From the NCBI GenBank assembly GCA_964252035.1, contig OZ176201.1: a DNA stretch of 64,000 nt. The stretch is one strand, 5' to 3'. The number at the start of each line of letters is the position of its first letter. The stretch's first letter is position 1. This document shows, piece by piece, positions 51,004-64,000 of the stretch. Source of the stretch: Podarcis erhardii. Taxonomy: Eukaryota. A program made the position numbers and the translations under genes. The notes beneath the pieces are model-generated. The model searched no databases, was not told the origin of the DNA, and was given only the letters and a program-made list of their open reading frames with translations.

Positions 51004-54000
51004 AGAGCACTAATTGTAATAATAGATTGGGCTCATGCCTGACAATTTCCCTCTCTGTTGAAGTAGCTCTTCTTGATGAAAATCTGTAGTGATGCCTGTG
51101 GTTGGCTGTGTGTTTTTGCCCTTTCAAGGTTTCCAAGTTCATAGTCTGAATCACAGCCACACTGTTTTATTTTGGTTAGCTGCGTGTTTTTCTCTCTGCC
51201 CACTGTACTTTCTGCATATATATGCACCATGGTTCCAGTCTACAGTCTCTCTCTATATATATCTCCAAGGTTAGAGAGGCTCCTGGGTGCAAAAATATTG
51301 CTAGGTGGTGTTATCCCATAGCAGTAGCTTTTTAGAGTCCTATATCTTTGATTCTTTCCTTCCTCACCTTAAGCATTAATGGTTGGATATGCTTTAAGAA
51401 CATTAGGCTCCCAGTTCTTCCATAATGCTACTTGCACTTGCTGCCCGTGTACGTTTGTGAACCTGCAATCCTGCCTTGTTGCCCCAAAGCTGGCTTACGA
51501 ATAAAGTGAGATAGTACAAACTGCAACAAATGGAATAAAACCCAGGAATAGGCCACAGCCCAGAAAAACCAGTCCATAGCATTCTTATAAACAGAACTAA
51601 GCAGCAAGAACTAAGCAGTTTATAAAACTGGGTCCTAACCAGCTTCTAAAAACTCACTAGTGACGACACTTTGGCACTTCCTCAGCAAGCGAACTCTACA
51701 ATAAAACACCAAGAAGACGCTTTGTCTTGAAGCCACCTCTCTCACCTGAGAAAGTGAGAATAAGGCTCTCTAAGGTGATCTTAAGAGCACAGGGAGTGGG
51801 TGGGTAGATTTATATATGGGATCTATTGTGGTTCAAGGTTCTGTGGTAGATGTGCAAGCATCTCAACATCTATGAAGAACAAAAAACTAGAATGCACCAA
51901 AGACTGGCTCCACAAACCCTCCTTCCATTTGTGCAGGAGCAGTGCAATGTGGGTTAGACTGCGTTTCTTTTTAGTTATATATGAATCTTGAGATTCATGG
52001 GATTCTGCATCTGCTGCTCCATTCAACACCAGACTACTGGATTTTGCACTGTGCTGATCTTCCATTCCACCCTCTACTAAGTTTTTTTTAAGCTCCTCAG
52101 TCTGATTTGTGTAGTATTTACAAGGGCAGGACCAAATTGTACTTGGTGCCATTTAGAGGAAGTACTTTCGCTGAAGTGATCTGCCTTGTGAAGCTGCCTA
52201 GGGCTGGCAGACTGAGCTCCCTATCCGGTATGAGCGCAGCCTTCCCAAGGCCTGGGGAGCTCAGCTACCCCGTGGAGAGTTTCTGTTTCGTTGCCTGACT
52301 ACGTACAGCAGGGTTCAGCCAGGGACAGTGCTGAGACATCCAGTCTGCCTCTCCTCAGCCTGTCAAGCCACAGTTTCTTTAGCCAGGGCACAGGATGTCT
52401 CCTTCCAAACAAAAATGAAGATGGCACTGTTTCTGAGGCCTCCTGTGGATAATAGCCACATTCATATTCTCCCTACCTGAGGCATTGTTCTTAATATTGG
52501 TATATTGGTTCCTTAAACTTGCTAGAAAGCCCTTGTTTCAGCACATTCCTTGAAGTAATCTACCTAGGAACAGACTGATGGTTTAGATCGGAATGTGGGG
52601 TGGGGTAGGGAGGGAGGCTGTGGCCAAAATGTGGATGCATATACTGACACGGCTGGGAATTAACATGAACAAGACCTTTCCTGTAGCCACTAAGCAGGGA
52701 CGCAGGTTCATTATGGTAAATGGGGCACCAATGTCCTCAGCCAGCCACCACCCTGCCTCCTTATACTTAGAACCAGTACAAGGGGTGGTCCTGGCTCTCT
52801 GCTTCCTCCTCCTTAGTCTCAGAGTTGCCTTTGTAGAATTCAGCAGGGAGGATGGGGACAACACCAGAATTACTTGGCTCCCCCTGCTGTTGGCCTCCCT
52901 GCCTTCCACCCTACCAGTCCCAATGGGCACCAGCCAACACTGCCATTAAATGAAACTGGCAGACATTAGAAGGTCTTTGCAATGACAGGGAAAACATGTC
53001 CACAAGGTCACTGCCTTTCCATAATGTTAAGATCAGAAGGGCATGTAGGGAGACTTTTTTTTTTTTGTGAATGTTCCACTGTTGTGGAACTCTTCTCTCC
53101 TGGAGAAGTCTCATTCCAAGTCTCATTCCAAGTCTGAGCATCTTTTGTGAGAGTTTTATAGCCTTCCTGCTTGACCTGGCTGCTTGAGGTTAAGCCACTT
53201 TGTTTTCTTTTTAAGGAAAAAAAAGGAGATTTTTTTGTTTGTTTGTTTTAAATAGAAACCAAATATTACAACATGGGCTAAAATGTATATACTAAAGGGG
53301 AAATTATTCGGGGTAGGTGGATGGAGACATGGGAAGGAAATGAAGTTGTGAAGCAAAAATTAAAATTAAAAAATGATGCGTTGGGCAGAATAGTGGTAAC
53401 TGGGTTAGCTAAGGACATAAATAAGAGCCCTTCTGAATCAGAGGAAGGGTTCATCCTGTTTAGCTCCCTGTTTCTAAGATTAACCAGCCAGATGTCTGTG
53501 GAAGCAGGGCATGAAAGCAGAAGCCTTTCCTTGTTTATTGTCCCCAGCACCTGGCAATCAGATGTAGACTTCCACTGAACATGGAGGTTCATATAGCCAG
53601 GAAGCTACATGGCTAAGAGCTGTCGATAGAATGTATCCCCCACTAGTTTCTCTAATTCTTTTTAAATACATCTTTAATGATATGCAAGTTAGTGGCCGTC
53701 ACCAAACCTTGCAGCACTGATATATAAAATTGCACTGTGTGGAGATGTAATGTTTGCAGCATTATTACGAGGCTTTCTGAATCTGGAAGCGCATGATGCT
53801 GCATCATGTTGAGTCAACCTGGCTGTAACTTTTGTGGGGAGGGTTTTGAGTTGTGATACTATGTTTGGAGCTCAGACTTCACTTTTGTTTTGTAGTCTTG
53901 GGCACTTCACCTGTCTCCATATTGCCCATCATGCAAATGCCTCTGGGAATCTGGGAAGAAGGAATCAAGCCATGTTGCTTGTTCCCAGCAGCTGTTACTC

Positions 54001-54791
54001 AGAAGTATACTTTTTCTAGACAGGGAAGCTCCATTAGATATCATGTTTGATGGGAGGGGGGGTTGTCCATGGGTGAACAGAGGTGGGGAAAGGTGTGGCA
54101 AGACAAAACTTGGGCATAGTACCACCACCACAATTTGGGCATAGCAGTACCACCACGGTTGCTATTACCTAGCAGCACAGGAAAGAATCAAACTGAAACA
54201 ATCTGTGTTATTCATTAGTTGCCGCTGTGCAGAGTCTGGCCATCTGGGCCTCACCCATCCCAAGGGTGTGTTTCTGGACAGGGAGAGATAAAGCCAAGCA
54301 CACTGCGGGCAGCGACAAGGAAAGATATTGGCAGCAGTGACAGAGGTGCCAGCAGCTGGGTTATCAAGGAAAGAAAAGTAGAGTGAGCTTCAGACATCTC
54401 ACTCCTTGCACTTTACAGCTGAGGCAGCTCTCCAAGACCCTTCAAGTTTTGGCACTAATTGGTAGGCAATTTGGTACACAGGACAGGGCTGCTGAGCTGC
54501 TGCTGAGAAGGCAGGCATGCTGCTGTCAGTGGACTGCTCAGGGATGGGCTGACACTGGAGGGGGGCGGGTCACATCAATGATAAGACACAAGGAAATTAC
54601 CCTTTGGTGTCTCTCCTTCTGAGGTGCCATGAGGGGACAAAGACTGTGGCAGAAGGACTCTGAGTGAGAGGCAGGGAAATGTAGATCTTCCAGGGTAGGA
54701 GAATGGGAAAGAAAACCTCCCAGGTGAGAGCTAGGAGGATGTGCATTTCCTGTGGAGTGGAAATTAAGAGCTAGTTGTGTACAGACAAAAT

Positions 54792-55017
54792 TACTGTACA
54801 AGACTAATGTTTTTTTGCTAAAAAAACTAGGCAAAAATTGGGAGTCATCTTATACACAGATAGTGAATGCAGAGGGGGTCGGGCGGGTGAGCGATTGTGG
54901 CAGCAACCTTCTCCCAAAAAGCTAAACAACTCAAGAAATATTGATTTATTAATTTCAGGTTAAAAAAAATAGGCGTTGTCATACATGGGGGCATCTTATA
55001 CACGGAAAAATATGGTA
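54792..55017. mobile_element. Tc1/mariner-like MITE, left end partly deleted
   Basis: Right end gggggcatcttatacacggaaaaatatggta; internal gtcatcttatacac repeat. Confidence 0.6.
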
Positions 55018-55275
55018 TATGCATTTGTACAGTTACCCCACTTTCAATATCTTGCTGATGATTTACCTCTCCCTTATTTTTCAGGAGGCTGTCATTAGAT
55101 AACAGACTGTATGAGTTGTGGAATTTATTGCTGAGATGTTATTGTGTATAATTTGGCATTCCTACTTAGTATGCATTCATGATTTACAATTGTGTATTAT
55201 TTGTTACTGTGTATTACTTATGATTAACTGTTTAATTTTTTTGTATTGAATGCATATTATGTATTAATATATGTA

Positions 55276-55628
55276 CAGTGGGGCCTCGCAAGACGAAATT
55301 AATTTGTTCCGCGAGTTTTTTCGTCTTGCGATTTTTTCGTCTTGCGAAGCACAGACTTTGGAAAAGCTTCAAAAATACCAAAGTCTTCAAAAACCTCAAA
55401 AAAGGCTACCACACTGCGTGCTATGAGTTGCTCCTTGAAGTGAATGCACGGTTTTAAGAAAAAGGAAACAAACTTGCAAGAGAAAGGAAACAAACTTGCA
55501 AGACATTTCCGTCTTGCGAAGCAAGCCCATAGGGAAATCCGTCTTGCGAAGCAACTCAAAAAACCTAAAACTCTTTCGTTTTGCGAGTTTTTCGTCTTAC
55601 GAGGCATTCGTCTTGCGAGGTACCACTG
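55276..55628. mobile_element. Tc1/mariner (Tigger/pogo-like) MITE with TA TSD, nested in an L2-type tail
   Basis: TA-CAGTGGGGCCTCGCAAGACGAA ... TTCGTCTTGCGAGGTACCACTG-TA; repeated cgtcttgcga subterminal motifs. Confidence 0.9.
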
Positions 55629-57312
55629 TATATTGTTTATTATAATCTATGTTGTAAACTGCACTGTGGTCTATTGTCAAAGGGCTGTATATAAACTTTT
55701 AAAAGGGATGAATGAATGAATAAATACTGTGAGAAAATCACCTCCGTTTCCTTGGATTCCAGGATTCTATTATAGAGTGCCAGGGCCAAAGATATGACTT
55801 GCTTGTGCCTGCTGACTGCCAAGAGTGGTGATGCCCGGATAATTGGCATATTGAGATTGATCACTCTCTATTCCTACTGATTATGAATGGTTCTTCCTCC
55901 TCCCCCTGCCCCAGATATAGCTTAAGGCCTATAAACCAAACTGACAGTGAGTTTCCGCTCAGCCTCTGCTGAAGGCAGCTGCCTCTGCCTGCTGCTTTGT
56001 TTGCATAGTTGTGAGTAGTGATCATATCCCAGAAAGGGGGAGACAGAGTAAGGGACAAAGGGAAATTGGTAACAAATGAGGGGAAAGTCAACACCTGCAG
56101 TGCCCTCAAATGTTTAGTTGACCTAGCAAGAGGCCCCATGGGTGGTCAGGAGCTGGAACATTATATTTTCAAGCTCAAGATAGCAACACTGCGTGTACCA
56201 ACTTCAACTGAGCACAAGAGGAAAAGTGCTCAGCTAGGCTGTGCTGTCATGTGCTGCCTTCTGGCAGGAGAAGGGCCTTCCCTTTTCTCTAGGGACCCTG
56301 ACAAGAAGGGTGGTCCAGTGCCACAGAGGGCTGAGTGAGCCACCTACAATGGCCTTTTATGTATTTCTGCCTGCTGTTCCTTCCACTTCACAGGCACTTC
56401 CTTTCTCCCGCTGGAGGGCATGTTAATGTGCCTAAAATGACTGCGGCCAACAAAATCTTTGTTTCACACCAACAGCTTTCTAGGTGATGTGCAAAGAGAA
56501 AAGCCCACTGACGTGACTGCTTCACTGGGCTCTCCATTCCGAAGAGGTGCATTCTGGGTGGTTCTCCAGGCCTCAGCCCCTCCTGGCTCTAAAAGCCAGA
56601 GGAAGGAGGAAGGAAGGGGCATGGGAACCATTTCAGTAGCCCACGTTGTGGAACTCAACTGCCTCAGCACTTCTCAAATAGGCTATAGTCATGTTTGCCC
56701 CTAGGCAGGAGGCCCCAACCTGCCCCAACCCACCTGCCACTACCCACACAGTATAAGCCTAACAAGCCTCCTTTGTCTCTTTCATCCCAAAGCCCAGCTG
56801 CTTTCTGATTCAGGAACCACTCTTGCCAATGACCTTAGCTCCAAACAGAGGAGGAACACTCAACTTTTCTATTCAGAGGATGTAAGTCCAGACTGTCCCC
56901 TCACCACCTCAATGAGGGGAAACATCCAATTGTACCCCAGTCCTCAGCACAGCGGTTTCTAATCATGCTGGGAAGCATGCCACCTCATGCTACCGCATCT
57001 CCAGGAAAATGTAAATCAATGTTCTCCAGTTTAACTATAGCAAAGCCATTAAGCTGCACTAGAAACACTAGGCATGTCTTCTTTTCTTTTTTGCAGTTCC
57101 CAAAATATCAAGATTTTCACACTTTTGTACTATGCAAATCCCTGAAATATCAATTTAGAAAGAAAGCTATGTGATACATCTTTTTTTTAAAAAAAGTCAT
57201 GTTTATGTGATAGAATTTTAGTCTCAAAAATGGAGCAGAAAGGGCTAAGCAGAGTGTTAATGAGTGACATGTGAGTGCTGCTTGAAGCAATCCGTATGTA
57301 GTGCTTCTCCAC

Positions 57313-57465
57313 ATTTATTTTATTACATTTATATCTTGCCTTTTCTTCCATCATGGATCCCAAAGTGGCGTACACAGGTTTCCCTGGAGGTCTCTCATCC
57401 AGGCACTGACCAGACCCAAAACTGCTTAGCTTCAGAAAGGTGGTAGCCTCATGTGCTTTTGGACC
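57313..57465 (-). mobile_element. 5S rRNA-derived SINE-like element with L2-type tail
   Basis: Minus strand gaagctaagcag (A box)..tggtcagtgcctggatgagagacc (C box)..ggaagaaaaggcaagatataaatgtaataaaataaat. Confidence 0.7.
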
Positions 57466-57814
57466 ATCCCCTGAGACATGGTGGGTAAAGCATACAAAGC
57501 CATGGCAAGGAAAGACTCCCTGCTGCCACCACACTCTGCAGAGCCAGCTCAAGCAGAAGAATGGAGAAGAGGAGGCAAAAGGACAGGAAAGGGATGGCTG
57601 GCAAAATCTTTATCTAAAGGAGGCCTTCCTAGCACTGAAGGAACATCACAGCAGTAAAACTAATACCAGTTTGATGAAGCAATCTAAATGCTAAATCCGA
57701 AATGATCCCAAAGGACAGCATTTAGAGCAGGATAAGATCAGACTGCCCAAGCTACTAGTGAGATATAAGGGGATGGTATGCATATATTCATAGCTCTTCT
57801 GGAAATGGCACTTA

Positions 57815-58033
<219 letters not shown>

Positions 58034-58476
58034 CTATTCCTCCCCATATGTTCCTTACATTAAGTTTGGGAGGGGAAATGTTGAGAAGGGTGCTATGGAA
58101 TCCTGCTCCCCCTAGAATGATGTCTTAGTGCAGCTCCCAGAATTCAGGTCTGCAACTAGTTTTTCCTCTCTATCTTTCCTGCAGGCAAGTCCTCTTGCCT
58201 TCCATTCTACCCCCCCCCCCAAACTAAATGATGAAGACTATGGAGCCATATGGCTCTCTGAGGAGGTTGGATTCAGCCCGAAGGCTGGTAATCCCTATAC
58301 TGGTAGGTAGCAACTGATGGTGGTTGGCTTTCTGGAATGGAGTTGCATGGCTGCTATCTAACCCATTTGCAGAATAATACCAGCCTCACATGCCCCACTG
58401 CTTTGACACCTTAGCTCCCAACCAAACAAATTTAAGAGACCTGAGCCTCTGTATTGTGAAACTGTACTGTACTTAC

Positions 58477-58552
58477 ATCAGTGAAATGAGTCTGTTTCTT
58501 TTCAGCACCATGTGGAAGGAACTCCTCCATCTCTGGCTGGTTGTCATCAAAT
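58477..58552 (-). CDS. SLC38A3: SNAT3 coding exon 2 (76 nt), FDDNQPEMEEFLPHGAEKKQTHFTD
   Basis: AG / GTAAGT flanks; joins phase 2 to phase 0 correctly; HFTD motif. Confidence 0.9.
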
Positions 58553-59102
58553 CTGGATGGTGGGAAAGGACAATGCTTGTTAAAGTGATTACCCTCCTCT
58601 TGAAAGTTTCCCTACTAAGAGCTTGGGCACATGGGATGGTGGTCTGCAGAGTATCCTCTTATATACCCCATTGTCTGCTTACTTAGCCAAACTGGGCAGA
58701 TATTAGAATCTTCAAGAGTCTTCCCTTGCAGTTGGTCAACGTATAGCCTCTGCTGATTCATAAGTTACAAAGAAAAAGAGCTAGGCATTGTTGGAACTCC
58801 GTTTAACCGAGCTACTCCTCTGGTCGAGTCTTCAGAATCTCCTCTGATGGTGATTAACGACCTAAGCCTTTAATGAGGCTTCAGGCATGTTCCCTCATTA
58901 TGCAGAGTATCCAAACAGCAGAAGGAGATGGAAATATGAGCTACATTGCTACATTTATTTCTAACTACGCAGGACAGAAAAGAATATATATCTGCTCTCT
59001 GTGAGAGTCAGTGAACCAACTGGAACAAAGAAACAGGAAACTAGCAACATCAACATCCGCCTCCCATCTCCTGTCTAATACACCAAGGTTGCTATGGCTC
59101 AC

Positions 59103-59209
59103 CTGTCATTCCCCACGGAGGGGATGGAGGAGGCATTTAAAGATGAGTGTTTCCCATTCGGCACCAGCTCTACCATCTCCGTCTGGATGGGGATAGCCAT
59201 GGAGTTCAT
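59103..59209 (-). CDS. SLC38A3: SNAT3 coding exon 1, MNSMAIPIQTEMVELVPNGKHSSLNASSIPSVGNDR
   Basis: QTEMVELVPNGKHS matches recalled human SNAT3 N-terminus; donor GTGAGC; upstream in-frame TAA; likely acceptor at 59333 (alternative 59297); second in-frame ATG at 59200. Confidence 0.93.
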
Positions 59210-61289
59210 CTTCGCCCTCTGAAGTGAGCCCCTTCTCTTCTTCCCTGGCAGTGAGCTTTCAGACAAGTAGTGGGCTATACAACGTGGAGACGGAATCTGC
59301 ACAGGGCAGCGGTCTCCTTAGCAGTGCTGTGTCTGCAAAGAAACACCCATCAAATCAGATATTTGACCCGATGATAAAATGCTACTAAAGATTTGGCATA
59401 GAGGAATTGAACATGTCCAGCACAGGAAAGTAAATCAGGCATTGCTGTATACATTGAAGGATGGCAGGCATGTGTGTAAGATTGCAAAAGTCTCAGTCAC
59501 AAGATTATTAATGAGAATTACGGAACTCCCTAAAAACCAGCCATTGTCCAAATTTTGTCCACTTGGGATCACTCCAGAACGGTCCTGCTAGAAATGGCTG
59601 ACAACCACTTAAATTTCTTTTCTAACCAGCAAATGAATGCATTCTGTACTGTTGATGCTGGTTTGGGTGTAGCAAGCGGATGGTGAGAGAGATAACATGT
59701 GAGTGGGGAAATCTTCCTTTATGCTTCCGTAGGCCACCTTGTAGGATAGCCCAGCTTTGGAGCATCAGAACCCTGGCTAGATTCTCACTCTTCCACCTGC
59801 TGGTATATCTCAGTGAGATTCCACTACTTCTATCTTTGCACACAGTGTACCAACAAATTCAAGATACACCCGATAATAATCTTCAGCTTTGGGAGATGCT
59901 AATCGCAACCATGACATCATTCATTTGGGCTCTTTCCACCAATCACAGAGCTAAGAGAAAGGCTTCAAAAACCTGAGCATCAAACAGCCCAAGTATGTGT
60001 GTGACGTTGCTCTCACAATTCCCGACTGCAATACAATCTGCACTGCATGTACCCTGACACTGTAAGAGCGTCAGGACCTCCTGCCCACAAGAAACGTCAT
60101 TCCTTCCCTGGGGCTGCCTTTCACTGCATTTTCTTTGTAGGCCATCTGCTTCCCCCGGCCCAAACACCCTTGTTCAGGGTAAGCGTCAGAGGCCGGCATG
60201 ATAAGGCACTTGCCAAGGCCCATATTCCACCAGGGGGCCTGCTGCTGATCTCCAGAGATCCCTGGTCCTGCTCCTCGTTCTTGTTCTTCCAAGTAAGTGA
60301 AGGCTGTGACTAAAGCAAGGAGAAGCAGCACCACTCTCCATCTGCCTGATGAAGATCAGGCCCAGAGGGAGGGAGCAAGCAGACGGGCAGTAGAAAGACG
60401 GGGGTCCCAGTGATGCCATATTGCCGAAGGACCCCACGGAGCTTGTAGTGTGTACTGCCCTTGTTTGTCTTGCGTCCATCCCCTCCCTTTAGGCATTGCT
60501 CCTACCCACTCCCAATAACATCCTCTTCCTTCCTTGTACCCTCCTAGTTGCAAGCATCTGCAGTGTTATAATAAATAATAATATTGGTTTGTTTTTATTT
60601 TTGTTTTATTACATACTCTGTATTCTCATTTTGTATTTTTCTGTAGTGAACCACTCTGGGATCTTCGGATGAAGGGCGGCATACAAATTTAAATAAATAA
60701 TAATAATGGTGATGATGTTTGCAGTCCTTGCAATCTTTCCAGAGCTTGGTTTGTTCCCGACCTTACTTTCCCTTGCCGCTTTGACTCTTGCTCCTCCCCT
60801 CACTGTGCTTGTCCTTACATGAGACTTACCCCCGCCTGTCTAAATGGCCCCTTCGCAAGCTTCCCATAGAGTTAAGTGTAGCTCTAAATGTCACGCTTAG
60901 AAAATCTCCTGGCAACTTCATCTCCGATCGCAGCCATACTGTACATCTGACTGAGCTCAGGAGCAGAAAAGATACTTGGCTCACTCCCCTTAGTGTTTAA
61001 TTTTTAAAATTAGTGTTGCAAAAGTCATGCTCCCTGACCTGGCCAGCCCACTGTAGCCCCACATACTTGAGGACTGTGTAGTTAAACCAGTGATCAAGGG
61101 AAAGCAGACTGTACATGCCTGCAATGATCTCTTAAGATTGATCAAAGGCCTGGTCCTTGGTGATTCTTCATTGAAAATTAATTGCCAGTCTCTTCCTGAA
61201 GCACCCCAGGGTCTTCCATTTTTCTTCCCTCTGTTGCCAAATGATTCCTGTGAAATGCTAGCCTAACTCTTTTCTTTTCAAGACATTGT

Positions 61290-61326
61290 AAGAGTCGGAC
61301 ATGACTAAACGACTAAACAACAACAA
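61290..61326 (+). mobile_element. RTE/BovB-type LINE extreme 3' end
   Basis: aagagtcggacatgactaaacgactaaacaacaacaa. Confidence 0.75.
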
Positions 61327-62363
61327 TGTGTTGTGTTTTGCATTCATTCCCCACTCTTATTCCAAGGACCTCAGGTTCTTTCTCACCTCTGCCCTTTTGT
61401 CACAACAACCCTGCGAGGTACATTTAGGATGAGAAACAGTGAATGGCCCAAAGTCACTCAGTGAGCTTCCTGGCTAAGCAGGGATTTGAAGCCAGCTCTT
61501 CTTATGCTTATCTGACATAGTTACCTGCAAAGGTTTTTGAAAGAATTGTGCTAACAAAGCTTTTTTTTTTGTTTGGCAAAACTGATTTCTGCTTTATTGG
61601 GCATTTAAGAGTGCAGAGAAACCAGTGGCTTGACTCTGGGAATCTTTGTCTGATCTCCTGGTGACAAAGATAAAATTTTAAAAATCAGTACCATTTGAGA
61701 AAACTCTGCAAGAGGCACAGTAAGAGCTCTGCAAAAAAGAAAAAAAGAAAAAACGAAAAAAGAAAACAAAACAAAATAAACAACTCTCTCAAGCTGTTAA
61801 ATAGTTATATTTCTTGCTTCACAGTCTCTCTCTGTCTCACACACATACTCGATTAAGGGTGTCAGTACCAGAAAAAAGCAGAAACAAAGCACGAATGGGC
61901 AAGGGAGATAAGTGCTCTTGGATCACCTTCTGATGATCAAAACCACCCCAAACCCTGGTCTTGTTTGCCAATGGAACAGAAAGCAAAATAAATAATTAAA
62001 TCTGAGCTTATTTTGTTATTCAACACCGCCGGTTACTCATTTCAGATGTCCTAATTGCAACCTCCTTGTAACATATCAAATAGATGCTAACAATAGTTTA
62101 AGCAGCAAAACACCAACCCCATCCTTTCCAACAAACCAAGTTTGTGATTCAATCCATTGTACTTAAGAATCCAGTAGGGTGACAAGCTTGAGTTCCCACG
62201 CACATCCCTTCCTTTGACTTTTTCCAGGGCACAAAATCAACTGATAGAGAGATGAGAGAACCAGTGATTGAAAGTGAAAGAGAGCAAATGCAGCAAAACA
62301 TGACGGAACACCAGAATAGAGTATCAGTATAATGTTAAGGGGATTCCTGCCAAAGATCTAGCC

Positions 62364-62449
62364 TGCAATCCGAAACACACACTTACCCGGGAGCAAGTCC
62401 CACTGAACTCAGCAGGGCTTAATTCTGAGTAGACGTGTCTAGGATTGCA
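62364..62449. repeat. Imperfect palindromic mini-element (dispersed family)
   Basis: tgcaatcc..acttacccgggagcaagtcccactgaactcagcagggcttaattctgagtag..ggattgca; similar copies at about 361-432, 436-515, 19583-19660, 28400-28460, 30615-30650, 41892-41930. Confidence 0.65.
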
Positions 62450-64000
62450 CTGCTAATCTACTTTCGTCACTGTAGAGATCAGACTTGGGAAATGTTTGGC
62501 TGCCCACAGGTAACAAATAAGCCAACCTCAACTGTGATTGTTTGTGACTGACATAGACTCCTAAAATGTGAACATACCCACCCCAACGAGGCAAACGAAA
62601 ACAACTTTTGTGCTTTTTGTTCCCCCTAGTTTTAGCAGAAGGGAGAACTGAAATAAGCCCTTTCACATTGCTTTTCAAGAAACAGCCCTTTATTCTCTGT
62701 AGGGCACCCCATTTTCTGCTCCCAGTTCCTATGCAACAATACTGCCAGGGTTAGAAAAACCCCAAGGCACACCTGCAGTCCCTTTTTACACGACTCCATT
62801 ACTCAAAGCATTGAGAGTGAGGGTCAGGTGAGGAAGGGGGGGATTCACACGTCTTTGTGCTGCAGTGTGAGAAGGACAGGAAGCTTCTGCCATGCTCGAT
62901 CTTGTTGCAACAGTGGTGTCGCATCACCACAAACATATATACATCATACACTCCATAGACTGATAGGTGGTTTTTGCGGGCACTGGTTTCAACAACCCTT
63001 AGGTATGCCTCTGCTGGCTGGATATACCGACAGACTTTCCTTTTCCAGGTAGTTGGACAAATTCCTAACTCCGACATGGGTGACAGTGGATTTTGAGCCC
63101 AGGTAGGTCTCATGACCCCCACAAGGGACCCCAGCAGACCTTTCATTCCTCACACATCTCTATTTACACCTCAACTCTGTGTGGCATTTTCAGGAACTCA
63201 CACGTTTTCTTTCAGCTGCCGCACACTTTCCAAGCAATCATTCTGATACAGATATGAACCTTAGGCATTTGGTGTGCCTTTGGTGAGTTTGAGTGACAGT
63301 AAATTGGGACCGGAATTGCCAGGAGGGGTGGGTTGAAAGAACATGACACTACAGTCACAGAAGCTGTCAGATGTTGTGATCGTGCAGCTGCATCTAGGGA
63401 GGAGCATAGTAGGATTGCTTAACCTTACCGCATGCCTGGTACAGACAATAAGCCTAGGCGGATCCTGTGTCCAATGGGCATTCAACAGAAACTCGATGCC
63501 ACCCTCTTGCAATCTGTGTCAATGCTTAATTCACGCTCACTGCTAAGAGTTGTGCCTCATGAGGTGCCTGTGCAGATTTCATGTTTGCTGCTGCTATTGT
63601 AGTTTCCCCATCAATGCCCATTAGCGCTTTCTCCTTATTCACTGTAACCAAGTTACCTCTTAACCTTCCTTTTAGATGCTAAACAGACTTGAGCTCCTGA
63701 AATCCCTCCTTGTGAGCTGAGCAAGCCTCATCCCTTGGGAGTTCACAGTCACAACTGAACCAAACCTGACAAAAGCACTTGGCCTGATGCCCTGGCAGCA
63801 TCTCCAGCTCCTGTGCCTGAAGCACAAAGGAAGGAGAGAGGGATTCAACATCTAGGAAAGGTGATGGCGGAGGAGACAGGAGGACAAGAAACGTGTTGGC
63901 AGAAGCCTGTGGGCTCAACTTATTGCAAAAGGATGCAGAATACTGGCGGCAGCAAGTGAATAAGGAAATGGCAGTGATTAGGAAGGAAATCCTATCTCTA

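Noticed and set aside
57380-57440. 5S rRNA gene
   Set aside because: Only the internal control region resembles 5S; termini are absent and a retroposon tail follows.
60071-60334. 87-aa ORF with a hydrophobic signal-peptide-like start
   Set aside because: Starts at GTG, no recognisable family, overlapping frames equally open; consistent with chance in GC-richer intron DNA.

Overview
Vertebrate genomic DNA from a squamate reptile, probably a lacertid lizard (judged from Sauria SINE, L2/CR1 and MITE families recalled from memory). Two host genes lie on the minus strand in the order known from human 3p21. One is coding exon 1 plus the CpG-island promoter of GNAI2 (CDS 2443-2560; the rest of the gene is off the left edge). 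The other is the complete 15-exon CDS of SLC38A3/SNAT3 (59209 to 33621, 1509 nt, 502 aa, all GT-AG junctions in frame); its non-coding first exon is probably off the right edge. The remainder is repeat-rich intergenic/intronic DNA. The most unusual item is at 16725-17457: the two ends of a hAT-type non-autonomous transposon enclose a captured copy of the promoter, exon 1 and splice donor of sepiapterin reductase (SPR). It has an open 109-codon frame, heavy CpG-type decay, the same orientation as GNAI2 and a splice phase compatible with GNAI2 exon 2. Second, a 125-bp Penelope-like insert in GNAI2 intron 1 carries a minimal hammerhead ribozyme on the pre-mRNA strand. No CRISPR arrays, true tRNA genes or rRNA genes were found. 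Family names and homologies come from recalled sequences, not database searches, and boundaries of old repeats are approximate.
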